Shown here: positions 12,001-22,529 of the stretch, one piece after another
Position numbering within the stretch: the first letter of the stretch is position 1
Layout of the letters: each line of letters begins with the position of its first letter
Source: Geosiphon pyriformis uo1
Lineage: Eukaryota > Fungi > Glomeromycota
Assembly (NCBI GenBank): GCA_016748015.1
Contig: JAAOMT010000661.1
Span: forward strand, 62,001 to 126,000
DNA length: 64,000 bases
Direction: 5' to 3'
Translations under genes and position numbers: made by a program
Notes under the pieces: model-generated
Told to the model about the DNA's origin: nothing
Database searches by the model: none
Seen by the model: only the letters and a program-made list of their open reading frames with translations

Positions 12001-15000
12001 ATTTATATATGGTTTTTTAAATGTAAAATTAGTTGTAAAAAACAATATAAAGCTTTTTTATATGAAATTTGCTTCTTAATAATCTCTAGAAACTGTATTT
12101 TTGATTAAACTTGAAAGCTTTATTTATTTGACTACTTTTAAGATTGCCAAATTTTTGGTGATTTTTGAATTAGATTTTTTTTTGGTTGCTGTTATATTGT
12201 ATAATATGCTTTTGGGTGTATTTGTTACTAATATTAAAATAGTACTTGATATGTTTAAAAAAGTTACTTATATTGTACTAAAGTCTGTTAATATTTGGCA
12301 AAACATGATTATTTACTTTAAAAATTTAAATACTATTGTATCTGCTTTGAATTATTGGTCAGATTTATTAGATAAAAATAGTATTAAAATCTTTTTTTTA
12401 ATAAATCAAAATAAGATTATTCTGTTTTATGATATGTTTAAGATCAAGTTTGTCAATTTTTTCTTTGGTTGTATTGTTTATAAAATTAATAATATAATTT
12501 TTTAAGTTGGTAATCAGACTTGTTTTATTCTTAGTTTTTTCTGGTTATATTTGGTTTACAAAATAATTTAGATTTTATTATTATTAATACTTTAAAAAAA
12601 TATTATATTTAATGAGAAATTTTTAGATGCTAATGCTGTTTTAGATATTAAAGCTTAAATTATTTAACTGTTAATTGTAAAGTGTTTTTATCTTTTTTTT
12701 TAAAACTTTCAAGACTTTTATGCTTTATTTTATTAGTATTAAATCTTATGTTAAAACTACTGCTTTTGTATTTTCTAGTTTTTCAATTGGTTTTGCTTTT
12801 TTTAATAATATAATAACTGATATTTCTGTGGTTTTTTCTTGGTTGGCTTCTTTGAAATCTGATTTGGTTAATTTTTTTTAATTAAATCTATTAATAAGCC
12901 AGTTAGATTTTTGGTTACTGTATTTAAACAATTTATTAATAATAATTTGGTTTTAAGTAATGTATTTGGTTTTAGAGTTAATAAAATTTTAGAATATATA
13001 AATATCTTTAGTAAAGTAGCTAATAAGTTGAAATAGAAGATAGTTGCTTTAAAAATTAAATATAATTATAAAACATTGATATATCTGGTTTTTACATGAA
13101 TTTATTTGTAATTAATAATAATATGTTTTTTAATTTAATATTACTATAAGAATATGAACTTATTAATATTAAAATTAATGCTTTAAAAACGGCTAAATAG
13201 CTGGTTGAATTGATTAATAATAATACTATATTGTTTAAAATTGTTTAAAAAATGTTTTTTTTTGAGTAAGTTTTCTTCTAAAATATTAATATAATATAAT
13301 CTAAACTGGCTTAAATAATTAATTATATATAAAAAGTATATAAATTTTATTTAGTTTTGAAATACTTAATTTGTTTCTAATTTCTAAATAGTAATTAGAC
13401 TGTATTTATTAGACGCATAATGAAAAAAAATCAAAATAAATAGTTATATTTATTTATATTTCTTTAATGTATTTTTTTATTTTTTATTGCTAGTTATTTA
13501 ATTAATTAAATATAATAATATAAACTTTTATGCATAATTTTAATAATAATTTTTATAATATATATTGTAATTTTTTATTTTTAAAAACAAACAATATTTT
13601 AAATTTTTTTAATTCAAGTATTTAATATTTAAAATATAAAATTTAATATTAAAACTTAATAATAAGTTAAAAAAATTTTGTTTATGTAATTGATTTTTAA
13701 AAAATTAAATAGTTAAAAAATTTAAAAAATAGTAAATATAAAATCAATATTATTAATATTAAGTTAGTTTTGTTTAAAATAAAAAAAATAAACAAATTTT
13801 TAAATTTTTATATAATTTTTATAATTGAAAAATTCAGAATCAGATTAATTATTATAAAGCACATAAATAATTTTGTTTGTAATAAAAATTATATAATAAG
13901 AATATTTATTTTAAAAAGTGTAAATAAATTAATTAATTATAAAAAAAGACTTAATTTTAAGTTTAACTTGATTAAGTTTAAGATAAATAAAATTTTAGAA
14001 AAGTAAATTAAAAAACAAATAATATTAATAAAATTTCTGCTTTATAATACAGTTAATATATATTCATTAAAACATATTAATAATAAAACTATATAATTAA
14101 AAAAATATTTTAGTTTATAGCTTTAATTAAAACTTTTAAAAAAAAATTTTTGTTTATAATAACTTGTTTTAATTTTCTGTTTTTACAATAGATTTAATAA
14201 TTAAAAATGCTTTAAAAAAATATAAAAAGTTGTAATTAATATTAAAAAACATATATAAAATTTATAATTTATTAAAACATATTATTTAAAAAAGAATTTA
14301 ATTAAAATTAAGTTATATAAAAGATCTATTAAGTTTTTTAACATATTTATAATAATAAAAAAATTATAATTATTTTCATTAATCAAAAAAAATTTTTTTT
14401 TTAGTAATAATAGCTTACTTATTTTTTGTTGTAAAAAAAACTATATAAATATCTTATTAATTGAGATTTATTTAAATTTAATTTAAAAGAAATATATTCA
14501 AATATCAAATTTTTTGCCAATATAATATTAAAAAAACTATTGTAAATAAGCAGTTTTTTTTATTTTGTCTTAGTTGTTTTGTAGTTTATTATTAATTATA
14601 AAACTTTAATTAATTTATATTTAAAAAATATATATAACAGATAAAATTAATTGTTAATTTTTTATTATAATTTAAGATATTAAAATTACTTAAAAATTTA
14701 ATATTATGTTTATAAATTAATTATTAATTCATTAAAATATGTATTTTAGTTAAAAGTTTTTATTATTAAAAAAGATTTAAAAAACGAGTTTTAAACAGTT
14801 TAAGCTGGCTTTAGAGTTTGTTAAAAAAGATAATTTGATTAATAAAGTATTAATTATAATATTTAATTTAAGTGTTTAAATTGTGTAAAATTTTTGGTTA
14901 AAATTAAATTAACGAATATTTATTTAAATAAAATTAAAATGTTTATTAATAATTTTATTAAAAAATTAAATTTATTTAAGATGGTTAAAAATATGCTAAT

Positions 15001-15635
15001 TTATTTTTTATATTTGATTTATAAATTAAATATTAAAATTTATAGTATTATAATATTATGTTTTTTATTTTTGCTAAATTATAAATAATTATGCTAATAT
15101 TTAACTGTATTTTAGTAATAAATAAATAATATTATTAATACAAATAACCAAATATTATTAAATATATACAAAATAAAATCTGCTTTATTTAAACTTAATT
15201 TTTATAGTAAATATTAAATTAAAAAACACTATATTTATAATTTAATTAAAAATTAAATAATAAAACTAACTTTTTGATTATATTATAATGTTTAATTTTC
15301 GCTTTTTATTTAAGTTAAAAAAATATTTTTAATGGCTAATAGCCAAATAATTTTTGAAAATTTTTTGGTATTTTGTTTAGAAATTATATAAATTTGTAAA
15401 TTTTGTTTAATAAAAATATTACAAAAAAACTTTTAATAATATTACACAAAAATATTTATTATCTGAATTATTTTAATATAAAATATATTAATATATAATA
15501 AAATAAAAAAATTTAATTACTTATTTTTATATAAATAAAATACTATCAATATTAAATATATTAATAAATAAATAATTTTATTAAATTAATTTTTTTGTAA
15601 TACTATTATGTTTTATTATTTTTATATAATTATAA
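6050..15635. repeat. Extremely AT-rich block of decayed (hypermutated) repeats
   Basis: GC is roughly 10% by eye and CpG is almost absent. No credible genes. Contains a recognisable LINE ORF1 relic and eroded short tandem periodicities. Boundaries are approximate. Confidence 0.75.
11540..13300 (+). pseudogene. Hypermutated relic of a LINE ORF1 (RRM region), related to but distinct from the intact element
   Basis: ORF 12101..12505 (VILYNMLLGV...IWQNMIIYFKNLNTIVSALNYWSDLLDKNSIKI) aligns without gaps to the ORF1 in this window (VIVKEIPVDL...LWQKALVEYESFEMADLVAIRWSVLMGKDSVHV). WQ-to-WS spacing is identical. The relic has the same G/T-rich sense-strand skew. Outer limits are estimated from that skew. 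Confidence 0.75.
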
Positions 15636-15772
15636 TTTTTTTTTTATTAACCCATTTAATGAGTGCAGCCCAATCACTATCTAGTACATAGAACCAAACT
15701 AAGAGGCTCAAACTAAATGCGACTCATGCACTTTCTACATGTGGCTAGCCACTCAGACCAGACAATGCAACA

Positions 15773-18700
15773 TTACACATCTATAACTACCCACACACTG
15801 CCACCCAGACCAGAAAAAAAACAATAAGGCTTCCGATGACCAAAGCTAACAGCAAAGAAATTGGCCAAACCAAGCAATTTCACAACACCGTCAAACAAAA
15901 CCGAAGACACACCACAAGGAAGCCCAGAAACAACACCAACGTCACAGACCAGACCAGCCTTCTCTATCACCACCTGGTGGCTGGCTCTAGCCAACCATAT
16001 TTTAGCACGATATAATCCAACAACGAACCTAACATAATCAACAATCTGAGCAGTGGCCACCTTTCTATCCTCAAAAACATCGCAAGCCTTCTCATACCAC
16101 TTCTCCAGCACAAACCCTTTGCACACCAAAGTGTACAGCCCAACATCAATAAAACATTGAGACAAAACCCACAACACAGCAGAAGCAGGGGAACCACCAG
16201 CCAAAGCTGACCAACAGGCAGAAGCCTCCACCAAAATCTCACCACAAATGCCAGACTCATGAACACAAGTAAAAACATGGTTAGAGAACTCCATCTTACC
16301 GCAAAACAAACACAACACACTAGGATAGCACTTATCATACAACCTCTTCCTTACTGCCACTGGCAATCTCCTGTGCACAGCCTTCATAACATAAGTGCGA
16401 AGCGTTGAGGATGCATGGCTAGTGAACCTAGTAAGCATATGAGAATCAGGATGCCACACCTTTGCCATGACAACCCAGTCTATGCAACCAATCATCGCAT
16501 CCGGAACTACATCACAACCAGGCCCAGCTTCCCAATGAGCACAACAAATTGATCGAAAATTATTCCTGACAAAATGACGGGCATTACCAGAAACAGTGAT
16601 ACCCTCAGCAACCAAAAAATGTTCACGCACATCAGCACAAAGGGAAAAGGGAGACCCAGAGACAGCCCCAGCAGCCAAGTCAGCTCTCACATTACCAGGA
16701 ATCCCAGAGTGTCCTTTCACCTTAACCCAACTCATACTGAGATCCTTATCCCTGACCAAATTGAAAATATGACGCCTTTCCAGCCAGCATTGATTATGGA
16801 AATCAGGGGCAACCAAAGACATCTCAGACACACATGTGTCAATGGCAGCCTGGCTGTCAAGACGTAACACCACAGTACTTGAAGAAGGAACACACTCCAA
16901 AGCCAAAGCGACAGTCTGTAACTCGGCCATAGTAGATAACAAAAGACCACGAACAGCAACACCAATGCTCTTATCCAAGACCAGAAAGTATGCAGCAGCA
17001 CCACAGGCAACCTTAGCAGAGCCTGCATTTCTCAAAGACTCATCCGTGAAAACTTCAAAAAAGTCTGACCAAATGTCATGCAATCTATCTTTAACCACAG
17101 AAAATTCCTCAGACCCCAAAATGTCCAAACCAAGCTTTTCCGCAGAGCCAACAGAACCCGAAAATGAGTAACCCTGACCTTTCAAAAACTCAGAAAAAAC
17201 CATGAACCAGTGAGGCACAGGGCCACGCGGATTCAACCTCTTCCAATGACGAAAAGTTTTCCAATCCAACAAAACACCTTTCTTATCAAAAAGCCGATCA
17301 CCAAAAGCGACACCAAAACATTTAAGAAATTTGACCGAATCAAAATACAGAGACTTTCCAAAAACAGAGGACAACGGGAACCGACCAGGACTACGAAATG
17401 CAGTGGGGAGGTTGTTTACCAAAGTAAGCTCATTGTCCAGAAAGATCTTCACTATCCCAGCCAAAAAATTGTTCACCGGACTAACACGCAACCTGACTGG
17501 AAACTGCAAAGGATCCAAAGGAGCCCAACCAAGAACCTGTAGATCCAAAAACTTATGTCTAAACAAATGCCCAAGAATGCCAAAGGCATTAGAGAATGCC
17601 ATCAAAGCAGCAACCTTCCCTTCTGACTGCACCTGTTCAAAAGGCTTTAAGCCATACAATGAGGAATGATGCAAAGCAGTGTCAGGAAAATCATGGGGGA
17701 GACAAGCCTTGGACCTAAGACCCTTTCTAACCAAGGCATCCCACTTGCAACAAACATTAAATAAGACAAAACTGAACTGAGAATGATAGCTAACAATAGG
17801 CTGCAAAACAGCCGACACCAGATAGGAGAATTGTTTGTCTGTAATAGCCTTCCTAAGCACAACATTGATGAAGAAACGTACATCCGCATGAACTTTAGCA
17901 ACACTCGGCTTGGAGAGCCCTTCAGTCAACAGAAAAATACCCAAATACCGATGTGCTTCCCCTTTCTTAGCAATAGAAATTGGCTGACCACAAATGTTCA
18001 ATGAAGCAACTTTAACGCCCTGATTGATGGGAATAGCTACCGTCTTCTCACTATTGATAGAAATATCATTGATCACAAAAAATTCACTGGCAATGTTCAG
18101 AGCATATTGAGTAGAAGCCTGACAATTTCCAATCCAGATCGTATCATCGACAAATGCACCAGCCGAAAAATACGATGTCAAACCACCACTGCCCTCAATT
18201 CTGTCAGATTTTGAAACAAACTTAGTATCAATCCAGTACCCACACAATTGTTCGTGCCTTTTAACCTTACACAAAAGTGGATCGTAAAAAATTCTCTAAA
18301 GAAGTGGTGAAAAGACCTCATCCTGGTCCAGCTCATCATGCACCTTATAACCACCAGACAAACCAAAGTCAGTCATCACCCTATTAACTCTATCCTCATG
18401 AATACCACCAAAAAACCTTATGAACCTCTCACACATCTTGACATGCTGCAAACTAGCTCTTAAATGATGCCACCCAACTGAATCGTAAGCTTTCTGCATA
18501 TCTTACAAGACCAACCATAACTCTCTATCCTTCTTAATGGTATCCTCAATTACCAAACTGACAGCAAACACTGGAGATTGTGTTGACGTACCCTTCAGCA
18601 CCGAAAAGTTGTCACTCTGAAAAACATTGAACTTGCTACAAGCCATTGAAATATGGTCAGACAGAATCTTGGAAAGAATTTTCCTGGCAGTCTCAATCAA

Positions 18701-20458
18701 AGCAATGGGCCGAGTGTTCATAAGAACTCCATCCCAGTCATAAGGCTTAGGAATTATTGACACCCAAGCCCTCTTCCACAAAACAGGCACCACACCACCA
18801 GACAAACATTTATTAAACAGCGCCAACAGGCACCCCAAAACCACCTCACCACCATGTTTCCATAATTTATTAGGAACACCAGACAAACCAGCAGCCTTGC
18901 CATCAGGAAGACCACCAACAACAGACAATAACTCGCCCATACTGATTGCACTCATAACACCTGAAAAAGCATCATTCTGAACATAGTCCAAAGGTGCGTA
19001 CTGACGAGCCCAAAGACCAGGAAGCACTAACTGCACGGAGCGTTTTCTCGTCCACCCCTCCATTATTCTATCCACACTGGACTTCACCTCTTCAGGCAAC
19101 AAAACCAGATCATCATCAACTATCAAGTGATCCAACACAACCTTGTGAAAAGGCTTTTCCAACACACTCCTGATCATACCACCCTTATCCAAACAGAAAT
19201 TATCCATGCACTTCTCAATCGCCTTCCTAACCAAAGCTTCCTCAGCCAATCTTGACTTAAATATCTTCGACCTTCTGTAATCTCTGCGAACCAATAACAA
19301 ATGCCTAACAACAATATCAGATTTAACACCCAAGCCAACCAAGTCCTTGAAAGCACAAGCCTTCACGTCATCCAGAGTCGACCATTTACTCATAAGACGA
19401 TCAGCGTCCAGCAAGTCACCAGAGCAAAATTTTTTGACAATCTTGGCCACCAACAATTCCAGACCAAAAAACCTAGAAGAATGTTTGTTTCTCGAACACT
19501 TGAATTCACTAAACCAATGCCTCAAAAATGTCACATCAGCAGAATCCACCACAGCTCCCACCAAAACTGCCCACATAGCATCCACATCACCACGTATTTC
19601 AGCACCAGAGAACACCTCACCCAAAGACAAAAGTTTAGCTGACGAGAGATCCTTAAACTTAGCCCATCCAACACAGTCAGCATTCTTGATTTTGAACTTC
19701 CAACGATCTTTATTCGCCTGCTTGCGCAAACTATTCAATTGTACATCTAGAAGCCCACCCAAACCAACTGAAACCACAACTGCCTTGTGATCGGTGTCAA
19801 AAAAATCTGAAACAGAGACAACTTGATGACCAGCAACAGCAGAAAACAAATTACCACCAACAAAAATGTAATCAATCATTTTCCCAACCCCTCTCGAATT
19901 GCTCCACGTATAAGAATTAGCCAAATGATGATCAACAAATGAATTGACCAAACCCAAACTCAAACAAAACTTGAAACTAGTACTTCTACTAGATCCATTC
20001 TCATTAAAGTCCCCACCCAAGACAACAAAATTGCTGGAGTTGACTGCCTTTGCAATAAGAAAGTTAACTTCAGAAGCCTGACCAAATCTAGCCCCAGAGG
20101 AGGCACCAGCATACAACCCCAAAACAGTAACTGAGAGCTTGCCCTTAAACAGGAGCCGAACAGAAATAACCTGACCAGGAATCTCCTCCACCTTAGATAC
20201 ATGACAGGCCAAAGAAGTGTTCATAACAATCACAACTCCAGCACCCATGAAACCCTTATCCAAGCCAAAAGAAAATATTCGCACTCCATCAAATTTATCC
20301 TTTATCCACAGCCCAGAAAAGGACCTCAACTTAGTCTTAGTGATAAAAAAAACCATATTTCCCAAGTTCACATGCCAACGAACAACATCCGCTTGCATCG
20401 CAGGAACATTGATACCCCGAATGTTGCACATAGCAAATTTCCAAACCAAACTACTCAT
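15773..20458 (-). pseudogene. LINE ORF2: APE endonuclease, reverse transcriptase, RNase H, C-terminal CCHC; 1562 codons with two premature stops
   Basis: ORFs 18503..20458, 18296..18499 and 15773..18274 share one frame. APE motifs: CNIRGIN, GDFN, IDYIF, TDH. RT motifs: RPIALIET, DMQKAYDSV, FSPLL, FVDD, YLG. RNase H motifs: TDESL, AEL, DSQAAI, KVKGHSGIPGNVRAD. Zinc motif CLFC...H...C. Stops are TAA at 18503-18505 and TAG at 18296-18298. Confidence 0.93.
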
Positions 20459-22398
20459 TGAGATGGAGGAAAAGCCAACGAACTCGATCCAGAATGCAGA
20501 TGATCCAATCTATCCAAGACTGAGCGAACTGAAGCCTCAAGAGCCATCATATTCGACTCCAAACCACCAATCTTGGCAGTCAAAACCTTAGAACTGTTCA
20601 GACTGAAATCAACAACTGACCCACCAACATTGGGAGAAGAAGAGGCAGACGACAACAACGTGCTATCCAAATCCAAACCTGAGTCCATATCTGAAACAAT
20701 GGCAGTTGGAGACACCAAAGGAAGAGCTGAGGGAGAAGGCGCCAATGGCACCAAGTCAACGAAACTTAATTTCTTTAAAATGAGTGAGACTTGGTCCGCA
20801 AGAATTTCCACGGAGCATTCCAGCATAGCTAGGCGACCACCTAGATCAGCAGCACCAGACAAGGGGGAATCCATTGAGAAAGCCTTTGAACCAGAGACCA
20901 AACTGACACCAGGAGCATCCGAAGAGACAACACGAGAGGAAGAATGGCCTGCCACTTGGGCCCACATCTTTCCACCAAAAGAAACTGGACGAGTGACAGG
21001 GGCCGACTTCCTCTTATATATCCCAACTAGACGAACCCGATCTTGCTCAGAAACCACCCTCCTTCCTTGAACACCAGAATACTCACCCAAGGAACAGTTG
21101 ACTGAAACATGACCAAATTGTTTACAATGAGCACAACTGGCCAAAAAAAGACCAGCCCAACGCAAACTCACATTTCTGAAAACTGGAACGGTACCAATAG
21201 CAGCCAACTTGGATGTCTCATCACCAAAACAAATTACAGCACATCTATCACGAACATATGAACTAGGGTTACAGCCGATATAATAAGTCTTCTCACCATA
21301 TGATTCCAACAAACTGGAGAGATCATAAGCATTAGTGCCAACTGGAAGAGTATAAAGTAAAGCCCGATGCTGATCCCTCGATACCCATGTTTGTTTATCA
21401 ATATTTGCCTTTGTCACGTGGACAGAATCCTTTCCCATGAGCACAGACCATCTAATTGCAACCAAATCAGCCATCTCAAATGATTCATATTCTACCAGGG
21501 CCTTTTGCCAAAGACCAATAAGCTGCACTTTAATTGAAACAATCTTGCCAAACTTGGAGAACACTGCTTCAATTGCCGATTTGAAAAGATCTACTGGAAT
21601 TTCCTTGACGATCACCTCCCGATCTGAATGGTTGTTTACTTTTCTTAGATCATCATTTACCAATATTTTTTCACTGATTGCCATTTCCCTCGTCTTAAAC
21701 AAACTTTTTTCAGATGTAAATGATGACCTTATTATTCCAGGAAATTTTGAGGAAGTCAAAGCCCCCCCAAAATCATCAACCTGATAAAAAATTTTTTTCA
21801 CACAAACCAACTTATCACCAATAGTTTTGCCAGAAACGGCAGATAGCTCAATATCCAATGCAAACAATTTTGACGAAATAAAACTCCGTTTCTCCGAAGC
21901 ACGTAACCCGACTGGAGGAAGGCAATTGGACCCACAAAATTTAGGACTCGGAAGAGGCAGAGTGTCTTCACCATCACTTAGCACATTGAAAGAGAGAGGT
22001 GGCGGCTTACTGTTCAGAACATAGGTGTGGGTACGCGTCTTTCTTGGCGTGGCATCGTTTATGTCATCGTCCAAACCTGAAACATCCAACTCTGCATAGC
22101 TAGTTTTCTCAGCAATGACATTTTCCAAGTTATCCAAGTCCAAGACGCCACTTACACTGTCCACTTTGCTGTTGACCTCGCTAGCCCACAATTGCCCAAT
22201 ATTAGGTCCATCACCACTTTCATCCATAATGTTCGAGACACCAGCAGATGACTCTACCAAACTGTCAACCGCCACAGGTTTTTTTGGCTTCTTATAGGAT
22301 GCACCGCGAGATTGAGGACCAACTGAACGCTTATTTTTGACACCAGACCAGGTCCCCAGAACCACCAGCAGCAAAGCCCACTGGTTCCATAACCACAA
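20455..22398 (-). CDS. LINE ORF1 (gag-like nucleic acid chaperone: RRM, CCHC zinc knuckle, coiled coils); 5' end probably frameshifted
   Basis: RRM-like segment EVIVKEIPVDLFKSAIEAVFSKFGKIVSIK and knuckle CAHCKQFGHVSVNC (CX2CX4HX4C). The ORF track starts at TTG; the nearest ATG (22390) is out of frame. Confidence 0.85.
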   Translation of the reverse strand: MWLWNQWALLLVVLGTWSGVKNKRSVGPQSRGASYKKPKKPVAVDSLVESSAGVSNIMDESGDGPNIGQLWASEVNSKVDSVSGVLDLDNLENVIAEKTSYAELDVSGLDDDINDATPRKTRTHTYVLNSKPPPLSFNVLSDGEDTLPLPSPKFCGSNCLPPVGLRASEKRSFISSKLFALDIELSAVSGKTIGDKLVCVKKIFYQVDDFGGALTSSKFPGIIRSSFTSEKSLFKTREMAISEKILVNDDLRKVNNHSDREVIVKEIPVDLFKSAIEAVFSKFGKIVSIKVQLIGLWQKALVEYESFEMADLVAIRWSVLMGKDSVHVTKANIDKQTWVSRDQHRALLYTLPVGTNAYDLSSLLESYGEKTYYIGCNPSSYVRDRCAVICFGDETSKLAAIGTVPVFRNVSLRWAGLFLASCAHCKQFGHVSVNCSLGEYSGVQGRRVVSEQDRVRLVGIYKRKSAPVTRPVSFGGKMWAQVAGHSSSRVVSSDAPGVSLVSGSKAFSMDSPLSGAADLGGRLAMLECSVEILADQVSLILKKLSFVDLVPLAPSPSALPLVSPTAIVSDMDSGLDLDSTLLSSASSSPNVGGSVVDFSLNSSKVLTAKIGGLESNMMALEASVRSVLDRLDHLHSGSSSLAFPPSQ

Positions 22399-22529
22399 AA
22401 AGGGGAATGTTTGAAGAAATAACTGGAGAAAGGTGAAGGAGAAAGGGAAAAGGAAGGCTATTTCAGTGATGACTTAAAGCTTTTGTTGTGATCAGGGGAT
22501 CAACGAAAGAAGAGTTTTTTTTTTTTTCC

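Larger units (their letters stand above)
15636..22514 (-). mobile_element. Near full-length non-LTR retrotransposon (LINE, APE-type with RNase H), about 6.9 kb
   Basis: Sharp GC-rich island in AT DNA. About 120 bp 5' UTR, ORF1, ORF2, about 125 bp 3' UTR. Ends TTAATAAAAAAAAAA on the minus strand (poly-T at 15636-15645 on +). Confidence 0.95.

Noticed and set aside
13700-15200. Possible eroded reverse-transcriptase or other TE coding relic
   Set aside because: Composition hints at decayed coding DNA, but I could not align any motif, so no call is made.
6050-15635. AT-rich block as mitochondrial or endosymbiont (Mollicutes-like) insertion, or as a centromere
   Set aside because: No recognisable organellar or bacterial genes, and it contains a LINE relic. 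A centromere cannot be supported from sequence and the block is short and gene-flanked.
18296-18505. Programmed stop-codon readthrough or alternative genetic code in ORF2
   Set aside because: The two stops replace different inferred residues (Q and W), host genes use TAA/TAG as normal stops, and single transitions explain both.
16574-22297. Many antisense and alternate-frame ORFs of 60-165 aa inside the LINE
   Set aside because: Shadows of GC-rich, strand-skewed coding DNA with no motifs.
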